Source: Octopus vulgaris
Lineage: Eukaryota
Assembly (NCBI GenBank): GCA_951406725.2
Contig: OX597814.1
Location: 134,974,001 to 135,038,000 of the forward strand
DNA: 64,000 nt
Reading direction: 5' to 3'
Every line of letters begins with the position of its first letter. Within the stretch, counting starts at the first letter, position 1. Shown piece after piece: positions 1 to 11,785 of this stretch. The notes under the pieces were generated by a model that did not search any database, was not told the origin of the DNA, and saw nothing but the letters and a program-made list of their open reading frames with translations. Position numbers and translations under genes: made by a program.

Positions 1-480
1 TACATAAGTTATAACTTATATTTCATGATTACTTGAGAGTCCTTATTTATATTCTAAAGAGTATTTTCTGGAACAATTTCATATTTTTTATTTATTTATT
101 TCTCCAATAGGTTATCATATAATTTAACATCTAGTTTATACAGGTTCCTAGTTTTATCTGATTGTACTCTAATTCCTTCCATATTACGCATTTCTTTAAT
201 TCTAATAGCTAGATTTCTTAAATATTCATTATATTTAATATTTTTCACCACCTTCCAAATATTATCCTCTAAAACGTGTATATCCCTATTATACGGGGAT
301 TCATTTCTAGATTTAAATTTAGAATTGATATAATTAGTATTCTCTACACCATTAAAATTAAATGTGTTACAATTATTGTAGTAGGCTTTCCATTTAATCC
401 TATTCATAAAATATATTCTTTTCTAGATGGTATAGGAGTATCCTTCAAAGATGAATTCCAAAACTCACCTGTGAGTTCCA
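1..480 (-). mobile_element. Penelope-like retroelement, N-terminal ORF fragment (decayed)
   Basis: Minus strand reads SLKDTPIPSRKEY../MNRIKWKAYY...FKSRNESP...EDNIWKVVKNIKY...SDKTRNLYKLD. This resembles the SLKNIPIP...RMRWKA...ADKTRN N-terminal region of invertebrate Penelope-like elements. Frameshifted. Confidence 0.65.
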
Positions 481-524
481 TAACTAATGAAATTGAGAGT
501 TAAACAATCGATAAGCATTAGTTA

Positions 525-1366
525 TATATACATATACACATATTTATTATTATAATATTTCTATTTATATATATATAAATACAAACACATATATACATAT
601 ACACATATATATACACATACATACATATATATACACATACATACATATATATACACATACATACATATATATATACATATACACATATATATATACATAT
701 ACACATATATATATACATATACACATATATATATACATATACACATATATATATACATATACACATATATATATACATATACACATATATATATACATAT
801 ACACATATATATATACATATACACATATATATATACATATACACATATATATATACATATACACATACATACATATATATATACATATATATATACATAT
901 ACACATACATACATATATACATACATATATATATACATATATATATATACACATACATACATATATATATACACATACATACATATATATATACACATAC
1001 ATACATACATATATATATATATATACACATACATACATATATATATACATATATATATATATATACACATACATACATATATATATATACACATACATAC
1101 ATATATATATACACATACATACATATATATATATATACACATACATACATATATATATATATATATACATACATATATATATATATATATACATATACAC
1201 ATATATATATATATACATACACACATAATATATAATACATATACATACATATATATATATATACACATACATACATATATATATATATACACATATATAT
1301 ATATATATATACACATACATACATATATATATACATATATACATACATATATATATATATATATAC

Positions 1367-1425
<59 letters not shown>

Positions 1426-1646
1426 CATATACATACATATATATATATATATATATACATATACATACATATATATATATATACATATACATACATATAT
1501 ATATATATATACACATACATACATATATATATATATACACATACATACATATATATATATATACACATACATACATATATATATATATACACATACATAC
1601 ATATATATATATATACACACATACATACACATATATATATACATAT

Positions 1647-1678
<32 letters not shown>

Positions 1679-1848
1679 ACATACATACATATATATATAT
1701 ATATACATATACACATACATACATATATATATACACATACATACATATATATATATATACACATACATACATATATATATATATATACACATACATACAT
1801 ATATATATACATATATATATATATACACATACATACATATATATATAC

Positions 1849-1879
<31 letters not shown>

Positions 1880-1926
1880 TATATATACATATATATATAT
1901 ATATACACATACACATATATATACAC

Positions 1927-1961
<35 letters not shown>

Positions 1962-2027
1962 CACATACACATATATATACATATACATATATATACATAT
2001 ATATATATATACACATATATATATACA

Positions 2028-2061
<34 letters not shown>

Positions 2062-3357
2062 TATATATACATATATATATATATACATACACATATATAT
2101 ACACATATATATATACACATACACATATATATACACATATATATATATATATACACATACACATATATATACACATATATATATACATATATATATACAC
2201 ATACACATATATATACACATACACATATATATACATATACACATATATATACAAATACACTTTTATATACACATATATATACATATACACATACACATAT
2301 ATATACATATACACATATATATACACATATATATATACATATACACATATATATACATATACACATACACATACATATACATATACACATATATATACAC
2401 ATACACATATATATACACATACACATATATATACACATACACATATATATACATATACACATATATATACACATACACATATATATACACATACACATAT
2501 ATATACACATATATATACACATACACATATATATACATATACACATATATATACATATACACATATATATACATATACACATATATATACATATACACAT
2601 ATATATACATATACACATATATATACATATACACATATATATACACATACACATATATATACACATACACATATATATACACATACACATATATTTACAC
2701 ATACACATATATATACATATACACATATATATATACACATATATATATACACACATATATATATATACACATATATATATACACATATATATATACACAT
2801 ATATATATATACACATATATATATACACATATATATATATACACATATATATATACACATATATATATACATATACACATATATATATACACATATATAT
2901 ATACACATATATATATACATATACACATATATACATATACACATATATACATATACATACATACACATATATATATATACATACACATATATATATATAC
3001 ATACACATATATATATATACATACACATATATATATACATACACATATATATATATACATACACATATATATATATACATACACATATATATATATACAT
3101 ACACATATATATATATACATACACATATATATATATATACATACACATATATATATACATATACATATACACATATATATATATACATATACACATACAT
3201 ATATACACATATACACATACATATATATACATAGACACATACATATATACATACATATATATATACATATACACATACATATATACATACATATATATAT
3301 ACATATACACATACATATATATATATATAAATATACACATACATATACATATATATA
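525..3357. repeat. Very long compound (TA/CA)n microsatellite with higher-order 18-20 bp units
   Basis: Near-strict purine/pyrimidine alternation. Runs of ACACATATATATATACATAT (~661-860) and ACACATATATATACATAT (~2520-2640). Confidence 0.97.
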
Positions 3358-3570
3358 CGGCCGTTTGCCAGCTTGTCTGGCACTTGTGCAGGTGGCACGT
3401 AAAAAGCACCCACTACACTCACGGAGTGGTTGGCGTTAGGAAGGGCATCCAGCCGTAGAAACACTGCCAAATCTGACTGGGCCTGATGAAGCCTCCCGGC
3501 TTCACAGACCCCAGTTAAACCGTCCAACCCATGCTAGCATGGAAAACGGACGCTAAATGATGATGATGAT
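3358..3570 (+). mobile_element. Isolated RTE-LINE 3' tail (SINE-like) ending in (GAT)n
   Basis: GGCACGTAAAAAGCACCCACTACACTC...GGAAGGGCATCCAG...CCAACCCATGCTAGCATGGAAAACGGACG followed by GAT repeats. The same tail terminates the LINE at 41940-45014. Confidence 0.85.
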
Positions 3571-3636
3571 ATACATATATATATATATATACATACATAT
3601 ATACATACATATACACATACATATATATATACATAT

Positions 3637-3707
<71 letters not shown>

Positions 3708-3714
3708 CACACAT

Positions 3715-3745
<31 letters not shown>

Positions 3746-3752
3746 CACACAT

Positions 3753-3783
<31 letters not shown>

Positions 3784-4360
3784 CACACATACATATATAC
3801 ATATACACACATATATACATATACACATACACATATACACATACACACATATATACATATACACATACATACATATACACATACACACATATATACATAT
3901 ACACACATATATACATATACACATACATATATATATACACATACATATATACATACACATACATATATATATACATACATACACATACATATATACATAT
4001 ACACATACATATATATATACACACACATATATACATATACACACACATATATATATATACATATACACATATATACATATACACACATATACACACACAT
4101 ATATATATATACATACACACATATATACATATACACACATATACACACACATATATATATATACATACACACACACATATATATATACATACACACACAC
4201 ACATATATATATATATATACATACACACACACATATATATATACATACACACACACATATATATATATATATACATACACACACACATATATATATACAT
4301 ACACACACACATATATATATATATATACATACACACACACATATATATATATATATACAT

Positions 4361-4398
<38 letters not shown>

Positions 4399-4430
4399 AC
4401 ACACACATATATATATACATATACACACAT
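3571..4430. repeat. Compound (TA/CA)n microsatellite
   Basis: Direct reading. Confidence 0.97.
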
Positions 4431-5510
4431 GGAAGATAGTTTTTTTATGTGGCAGATGCTCAGGAGCAATAAACACTGAAAATGCGCAGAGACCAACTTC
4501 CGCCACATTCCAGGAAGAAAAACTAGAAGTAGCTGATAGCTTCCATTACCTAGGTGACTAAGTCAGTAGCAGGGGAGGGTGTGCTGAAAGTGTAACTGCT
4601 AGAGTAAGAATAGCCTGGGCAAAGTTCAGAGAGCTCTTACCTCAGCTGGTGACAAAAGGCCTCTCGCTCAGAGTAAAAGGCAGACTGTATGATGCATGTG
4701 TACGAACAGCCATGCTACATGGCAGTGAAACATAGGCCGTGACTGTTGAGGATATGCGTAAGCTCACAAGAAATGAAGCCAGTATGCTCCGATGGATGTG
4801 TAATGTCAGTGTTTATACTCGACAGAGTGTAAATACTTTGAGAAAAGTTGGACCTAAGAAGCGTCAGTTGTGGTGTGCAAGAGAGACGTTTGCGCTGGTA
4901 TGGTCATGTGGTGAGAAAGGATGAAGATAGTTGTGTGAAAAAGTGCCACACCCTAGTGGTTGAGGGAACCTGTGGAAGAGGTAGACCCAGGAAAACCTGG
5001 GACGAGGTGGTGAAGCACGACCTTCGAACATTAGGTCTCACCGTGCAATGACTAGTGACCGAGACCTTTGGAAGTATACTGTGCGTGAGAAGACCTGGCA
5101 GGACAAGTGAGACCATAACCCGTGGCCTCTACCTGGGATGTAGCCAGTCCGCTTATGCATACCATTCCTTATTGGGACACAAAACTCTACTTGCAAAGAC
5201 CTGTTGAGGCAAGTGAAATCGAAATTGATCAAAATCAATGGAAATTGTAATTGTGATACCAGTGCCTGTGGCACGTAAGAGAACCATCCGAACGTGGCCC
5301 TTTGCCAGCGCCGCCCTGACCGGCCTCCGTGCCAATGGCATGTAAAAAGCACCCACTACACTCACGGAGTGGTTGGCATTAGGAGGGGCATCCAGCTGTA
5401 GAAACACTGCTAGATCAGACTGGGCCCGATGCAGCCTCTTGGCTTCCCAGACCCCAGTTGAACTGTCCAACCCATGCTAGCATGAAAAGCGGCCGTTAAA
5501 CGATGATGAC
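4431..5510 (+). mobile_element. 5'-truncated RTE-type LINE: RT C-terminus plus 3' UTR tail
   Basis: CGRCSG...LEVADSFHYLGD*, LERNEASM-like LTRNEASMLRWMC, RRLRWYGHV...GRGRPRKTWDEVV. In-frame stops present. Homologous to 43760-44420; tail ends GATGATGA. Confidence 0.9.
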
Positions 5511-5530
5511 ATATACACATATATATATAT

Positions 5531-6093
5531 ATAATAATTTAATAAATAAAATATATGTACGTACCTACATCTACATGTATATATACATGCATATATAAAT
5601 ATATATACGTGAGTACAGGACAGCACAAATAGATGTAGAACTCAACGAGAAGCGAAAACGTAAAACAAACATGGAAACGGACCTTTTTTTTAACAACGAA
5701 AAAACAGAGTACAAGACAAACAACACAAGGAAAATTCTCCATCAGCTGTCCCTAGTTCGACTCCATGTGTGTTTCGAAGGTGAGGACAGAACATGACTTG
5801 TCGAACTAGCCCTTCCTGCGAATGAATTAAATAAAATTCCTTTGCAGAGGGGTAAAAACAAGGAAAGAAAAAAATGTGACAAAAACAGGACGTAAAAATG
5901 ATACAAATAAAATTACAAAATAAAAATACAATTACAAAAAAATACAGTACAAGAAATAAAAACAAACAATGAGGGCCTTTTTTGGCCTAGACGAGGAAAG
6001 ATTTTTAAGAGCTCAGGAAAAAAGTGTGTTCACTTGTAGGAAGCCGCAAGTGAAAGGATGTGGTCGCCTGGCAGTGAGAGAGATGAGGAGGAG

Positions 6094-6125
<32 letters not shown>

Positions 6126-6600
6126 AACCAGAAAGGGCGAAAAAGAGAGACAGGCAAAGAGGAAGACAAGGAAAGAAGGGAAGGTCAAGCAAAGGGTTAT
6201 AGAGTTTCGCGTCATAATTATATATAAAAACTTAACCGGAGGAAATGAAACGACGCAAGGGCGCTCAGTCATACAATAATTTAATAAATAAAATATATAT
6301 ACGTGAGTACAGGACATCACAAATAGACGTAGAACTCAACGAGAAACGAAAACGTAAAAACAAACATGGAAACGGACCTGTTTTTTCGTTGTTAAAAAAA
6401 AGGTCCATTTCCATGTTTTTATGTTTTCGTTTCTCGTTGAGTTCTACATCTATTTGTGGTGTCCTGTACTCACGTATATATATATGCATGTATATATACA
6501 TGTAGATGTAGGTACGTACATATATGTATGTATGTATGCATATATTTTATTTATTAAATTATTGTATGACTGAGTGCCCTCGCGTCGTTTCGTCCAAGCA
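5531..6600. repeat. Direct plus inverted duplication, probably Penelope-like pseudo-LTR arrangement
   Basis: 5531-5685 recurs in direct orientation at ~6275-6378 and inverted at ~6380-6565. Arms 6247-6379 and 6401-6591 form a fold-back. Family assignment is inference. Confidence 0.7.
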
Positions 6601-6605
6601 AGTTT

Positions 6606-7118
6606 TTATACACATACATACACACACATATATACACATGTATATATACACATATATATACACATGTATATATACACATATGTATACATATATACACACA
6701 TATATATACACATATGTATACACATATGTATACATATATACACATACACACATATATATACATATACACACATATATATACATATACACACATATATATA
6801 CATACACACATATATATATACATACACACATATATATATACATACACACATATATATATACATACACACATATATATATATACATACACACACACATATA
6901 TACATACACATATAGACGTATATATACACATAGACATATACACATATAGACATATATATACACATACACATATATATAGACATATATATACACATATTTA
7001 TATACATATGCGCACATACATATATACTTAAATATACTCATATATACATACACACATATATATACACACACATACATAAAGAAAAACATATATATACACA
7101 TATACGCACACATATATA
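6606..7118. repeat. Compound (TA/CA)n microsatellite
   Basis: Direct reading. Confidence 0.95.
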
Positions 7119-7289
7119 AGAAAAATACAAAATGGGACAAGTACACAAAACATCCAGAGAGTTAGGTCACTTGCAGCCCTCTTTCTTCAGTTGAGCCCCA
7201 GATAATGTTTGCAATTTCGGCTGGTTATACTCAAGATTGGTCCAATCTGGTCAGCCCCAAGGAAAAACTAAGCCAAGAGCATTAGACAT

Positions 7290-7419
7290 CATCAGGATTC
7301 TTTATTGCCTGAGATAGTTTTGTGTCATCAGTGTAGCTAGTGACAATGGCCGTCTGAGTGACTGTAGGCATGTCCAGAAGAGCTACTATGAACAGTAGTG
7401 GCCCCAGGATAGTTCCTTA
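7290..7419 (-). mobile_element. CR1/L2-like LINE reverse-transcriptase fragment
   Basis: Minus strand reads GTILGPLLFIVALLDMP...SYTDDTKL, i.e. the QG..LGPLLF and (Y/F)ADD-type RT motifs. Confidence 0.75.
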
Positions 7420-7747
7420 ACCGGCCTGTTTAAAAGTACCTTTCGATTGTTTAGAAAATGCTGTACTTGAGTCAGGTGAAATTGTAGTTGTGGCATATGC
7501 CAGTGCCAGTGGCATGTAGAAAGCACCATTCCCATGTGGCCAATGCCAGGGCCACCTGACTAGCCCATGCCAATGACATGTAAAAAGTACCCACTACACT
7601 CTCTGAGTGGTTGGTGTTAAGAAGGGCATCCAGCTGTAGAAACCTTGCCAGATCAGCTTGGAGCCTGATGCAGCCTCCTGGCTTGCCAGTCCTCAGTCAA
7701 ACCATCCAACCCATGCCAGCATGGAAGGTGGACGTTAAATGATGATG
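7420..7747 (+). mobile_element. RTE-LINE 3' tail copy
   Basis: CCCACTACACTCTCTGAGTGGTTGGTGTTAAGAAGGGCATCCAGCTGTAG...CCAACCCATGCCAGCATGG...GATGATG. Confidence 0.85.
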
Positions 7748-9006
7748 GCATACACATATATGATACATGCATGCATTTATATATGTATATACTGATGTAA
7801 ATATACATACACACTCTCACCCACATGATCTTTGGTTCACTTACTGCATAGCATCTTGGGCAAGTGCCTTTTCCTACAGCCCTAGGTTAACCAAAGCCTT
7901 GTGAGTGAAGATTGTAGATGGAAGCTGAAAGAATCACGTGTATGTCTGTTACTGTCTCCTTGCCTTGATTCTTTGTGATGGCTGTGAATGAATGTCCCAG
8001 TCATGCAAGCAGCATTCTTTGTTTCCAATCTTCCATGAAAACATGTCCAGTTATAGAGAATATTAACTTATTTGTAAATAGGCATGGGTTGGTGACAAGA
8101 ATGGCATGGCTGTAGAAAAACTGTCTAAAATTGTGTCCTACCTATGCAAGCATGGAAAAGTGGACATTGAAATGATATACACAGACACATATAAACACAC
8201 ATTTATACACACTAGTGCATCTTGGTGGTAATATATGTGCAATCTACACTCCTGAAAAATCACTAAGAAAACTGCAAGCAATCTGAAATTGAAGCAATTT
8301 CTCAGTGAAATATATTAATAAATCACACTGAAACACATTTTCATTTCAATTGTCTGCAATACAACAAAGAAACCACCAGCTCTAAGATGAAGAAATTAAA
8401 AATTGAAATCACGCAGTACTTTTTCTTAGAAGACTCCAACGAATGTATGTCATTTTTTTTAAAGATATAAAGTAAAACTTCCCAGGTAAGCCAAGTTTCA
8501 TTTATAGAGCATGATAAATTGAGTGTTTAGATATCTGTAGTACATCGTTAAACTTAGTCAACTATATTTGGATAATTTCAGTGTATTCTCTTGCATTTCA
8601 TTGTATGTAGCTGCTAGCATGAAATATTTCTGCATACAAAAAGGTAAGGATGAATCAATATATGATAAAAAAATTTTTTCTCCCCTCATCTCTCCATCAC
8701 TACCCCAGGTATGATCAACAGTTAGAGAACTTTCAGTTGCGCCTGCAATGTCACTTCATATGTAATTTGACTGTTTAGAAAACAAGTCAGAATTAGTTAC
8801 ACTAACTAGTGTATGCACAAATCTTAACTAGTACAATATGTATGAATAATGCATACAGAGGATATGGTAATTAGAGAGAAAATATTACTTAGAGCTAAGC
8901 CAAAGAAGGATTACAGTGAAATAGTGAGGCTTGGTTAGAAATTTGGGTCTATATAAAACTGAAACACAAATTCTGGAGATAATGAAAATAAAAGGAAAGA
9001 ACTAAC

Positions 9007-9120
9007 CTGATATTTAAAAGACCCTTGGGTTGTGTGAATATATAATGTATTTTCAACTGGGCCAACCTGACGCGCTAGAAATACAACATCAAATGTTGTG
9101 TTTCCTCCAGGAGGAACCAT
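9007..9120 (-). CDS. TMEM131: TMEM131-family gene, coding exon 6 (114 nt, phase 0-0)
   Basis: MVPPGGNTTFDVVFLARQVGPVENTLYIHTTQGSFKYQ matches the recalled TMEM131 segment ILPGGNTSFDVVFLARVVGNVENTLFINTS..FTYQ. Acceptor tctctcttgcag, donor GTTAGT. Confidence 0.95.
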
Positions 9121-9207
9121 CTGCAAGAGAGAGAGTAAGAATTCATTGCAAGTCACATAGATTCTACAAAGAAATAAAAGATTAATTGATTTTCATTAAT
9201 TCACTCA

Positions 9208-9508
9208 ATCATCATCATTTAGCATCCGCTTTCCATGCTAGCATGGGTTGGACAGTTCAACTGGGGTCTGTGAAGCCAGAAGGCTGCATCAGGCCCAGTC
9301 TGATCTGGCAGTGTTTCTATGGCTGGATGCCCTTCCTAACGCCAACCACTCCGTGAGTGTAGTGGGTGCTTTTTACGTGCCACTCGCACAGGTGCCAGAC
9401 GGAGCTGCCAAACGGCCACGGACGGATGGTGCTTTTTACGTGCCACCGACACGGGGGCCAGGCGAGGCTGGCAACAGCCACGAACGGATGGTGCTTTTTA
9501 CGTGCCAA
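9208..9508 (-). mobile_element. RTE-LINE 3' tail copy, inverted relative to the 3358/5190/7420 copies
   Basis: (ATC)n then AGCATCCGCTTTCCATGCTAGCATGGGTTGGACAG...GGGTGCTTTTTACGTGCC, the reverse complement of the tail. Confidence 0.88.
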
Positions 9509-9934
9509 AAACTAAGTAATAATTGTGGCAGTGATAACCCAGAAAGGATACATGATTATAAAGATAGCTTTACAAGACCTAACTTTAAAATGCTAGCACA
9601 GAAATTATAGATGTTTATATATACATACGTACAAATATGTATGCGAACATTTCCAACATAAATTTAGCAAATTTGAATATTTACATTTGAATTATTGCTG
9701 CAATTACTTTAACACTTAAATATTAGGTTCCTATAATTAATACACAACTATTTAGCAGGAATGGTATTATTTTCTAAGTTGTATAGCCTGTAAAAAGTTT
9801 ATTTGCATTTCGTCTCATTATACAACACAATGTAGCTTTGTTTAAACTGAGGACCATACGTTTTAACAATAAACAAAAATGAAGAGATCTGATAGGAAAA
9901 ACAAAAAAGAAAAATACATATATAAGCATCTTAC

Positions 9935-10058
9935 TTTATCTTGAAAAAATGAACAGTGAAAATGTGCTGTACTGCCTGATATGGACAACAGGTGTAAACT
10001 GGTTTTTGTGTCAGCATTATGTACAGAGACCTGTTGTAGATGAGGCATACCCACAGGG
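9935..10058 (-). CDS. TMEM131: TMEM131-family gene, coding exon 5 (124 nt, phase 2-0)
   Basis: (H)PVGMPHLQQVSVHNADTKTSLHLLSISGSTAHFHCSFFQDK matches the recalled PVGMPKMEKVYLHN...LVSISATTSHFHASFFQN. Acceptor ttttgtag, donor GTAAGA. Confidence 0.93.
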
Positions 10059-10722
10059 CTACAAAACAGATAAAATATTTGATTTTAGTTATTTACGTAG
10101 CAAAAGTTGGTGCAATTTATAACACAAGGGAAAGAGAGTAGGGCAATATGCTTTATGATACCTAGTGTGAACTGAAAAGTTTAATGGTAATTAAAATTGT
10201 TTTGTTTAGAGCATAAAGTTGGTAATGTATAAGTTGAATGTAAGAAGATTCTAGATACACAATTTTAACAAGAGATGTGCATGATATAGGGAGATATGTA
10301 AAAAGAGATACTTTTTTCAGAAATCTTTTTTTCAAAATATGCGGAAAAATACAGAGATTATGATTCTGAAAAAAAATTACCCAAAATTGTAAAATATAAG
10401 AATTTTTCTTCTAAATATGCAGAAAAATACAGGCATTATGATTCAGTCAAAAATTTCAAAACATTTCTGTAATTATGGTTAGGGTTGATGTTGGGGAAAA
10501 AAGTCAAAATTGAAGAAGAATTTGGGGGGGGGGGAGAGGAAATAATTTAGCAATGCTGATTTTTGGCAATTTCCTGGAACATCCATGTCCAGAAATGGTG
10601 GGTTTTTGACAAAAAAAAAATTTTTTTTTAATAAATTTGGGAGAAAATGGGGGTGGGGTGGTGCAGGGGGATGTCTTTGCAATAAGTTAAAAATATTTAA
10701 CTTCAAATTTCTCAATACTCAC

Positions 10723-10791
10723 TGTTCACCAAAATCTAACATTGTTGGATCAAGCCGAACCCCATTTGGTAAATTATTTTCTTCATGAAAG
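10723..10791 (-). CDS. TMEM131: TMEM131-family gene, coding exon 4 (69 nt, phase 2-2)
   Basis: (N)FHEENNLPNGVRLDPTMLDFGE(H) matches the recalled IRFEPPMLDFHEQ. Acceptor tttttttctttcag, donor GTGAGT. Not in the ORF track. Confidence 0.9.
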
Positions 10792-10876
10792 CTGAAAGAA
10801 AAAAATTGTAAATATGAATGATGTGAAAATTACTACAACTCTAACTCAACAATTCTAAAAATAACAGTAAACTTAC

Positions 10877-10908
10877 TTTAATTCTGAATAACTTTCACCT
10901 GGTTTTAT
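10877..10908 (-). CDS. TMEM131: TMEM131-family gene, coding exon 3 (32-nt micro-exon, phase 0-2)
   Basis: IKPGESYSEL(N). Acceptor ttttctatttcag, donor GTAAGT. Supplies exactly the phase change needed between exon 2 (ends phase 0) and exon 4 (starts phase 2). Confidence 0.78.
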
Positions 10909-11282
10909 CTGAAATAGAAAAGAAAATTGATAATTATAAAAGTTCTCTTGATATCAAATGTAGGAACAAGACAGCGTTAATGGAAAAGTAGACAAAAATA
11001 TTCCAAACAGGAAAAATTAAATTAAACACCAGATTTGCTTAAATATCACTTTTCAGTTTCTAAAAATCATCCTTATTTCAATGCTGAAACACTAAAGATG
11101 TGCTCAAGTACAAGAAAAGGGTAATTATTTCAGCCATACTGAATCAGTAAATACAAGCAAATATTAGGAAATTGCAGTCCAATGAAATTTCTAAGATAGT
11201 TGAAATAGATAGGTTTGTCAAGTAAAGGGCTGAACATCTGTCTAAGTACTGAAAGGTTTTCTTGAATTTAATATAGTCCATT

Positions 11283-11785
11283 CATCATCATCATCATCAT
11301 TCATTTAGCGTCCGTTTTCCATGCTAGCATGAGTTGGACGGTTCAATTGGGGTCTGGGGAGCCCGAAGGCTGCACCAGGCCAGTTAGATCTGGCAGTGTT
11401 TCTACAGCTGGATGCCCTTCCTAACGCCAACCACTCTGAGAGTGTAGTGGATGATTTTATGTGCCACCGACACAGGTGCCAGACGAGGCTGGCGAACGGC
11501 CATGCTCGGATGGTGTTTTTTATGTGCCACCGACACAGGTGCCAGACGAGGCTGGCAGACGGCCACGCTCGGATGGTGTTTTTATGTGCCACCGACCAGG
11601 TGCCAGATGAGGCTGGCGAACGGCCACGATCGGATGGTGTTTGTTACGTGCCTGCAGCACGGAGGCTAGTCGATGCGGTACTGGCTACGGCCACGTTCGG
11701 ATGGTTTTCTTGTGTGCCACCGGCACTGGTACCACAAAGATACAAATTCCATTGATGTTCATCTATTTTGATTTGTTTTGATTGA
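11283..11785 (-). mobile_element. RTE-LINE 3' tail copy with ~60-bp internal tandem modules
   Basis: (CAT)n at left; repeated GGATGGTGTTTTTTATGTGCCACCGAC..AGGTGCCAGA.GAGGCTGGC units. Confidence 0.88.

Noticed and set aside
518-4561. ORFs of 300-990 aa rich in Y/I/M/C/V/H/T
   Set aside because: Strict RY alternation cannot form TAA, TAG or TGA, so long ORFs arise in many frames. No codon structure or domain; microsatellite artefact.
7170-7225. Minus-strand CAGCC-GAAA...CTGAAGA...GGCTG suggesting a type II hammerhead (similar order at ~5738-5780)
   Set aside because: I could not build helices I and III with a valid NUH site; possibly decayed pseudo-LTR sequence.
1-9006. TMEM131 exon 7 (expected roughly VFG.G.PNPYRL)
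   Set aside because: Not found by eye on the minus strand; presumably lies left of the window.
11450-11730. Regularly spaced ~25-nt repeats resembling a CRISPR array (also 9360-9508, 44530-44850)
   Set aside because: The intervening segments are homologous to each other, the unit is part of a LINE tail, and there are no cas genes in this eukaryotic context.
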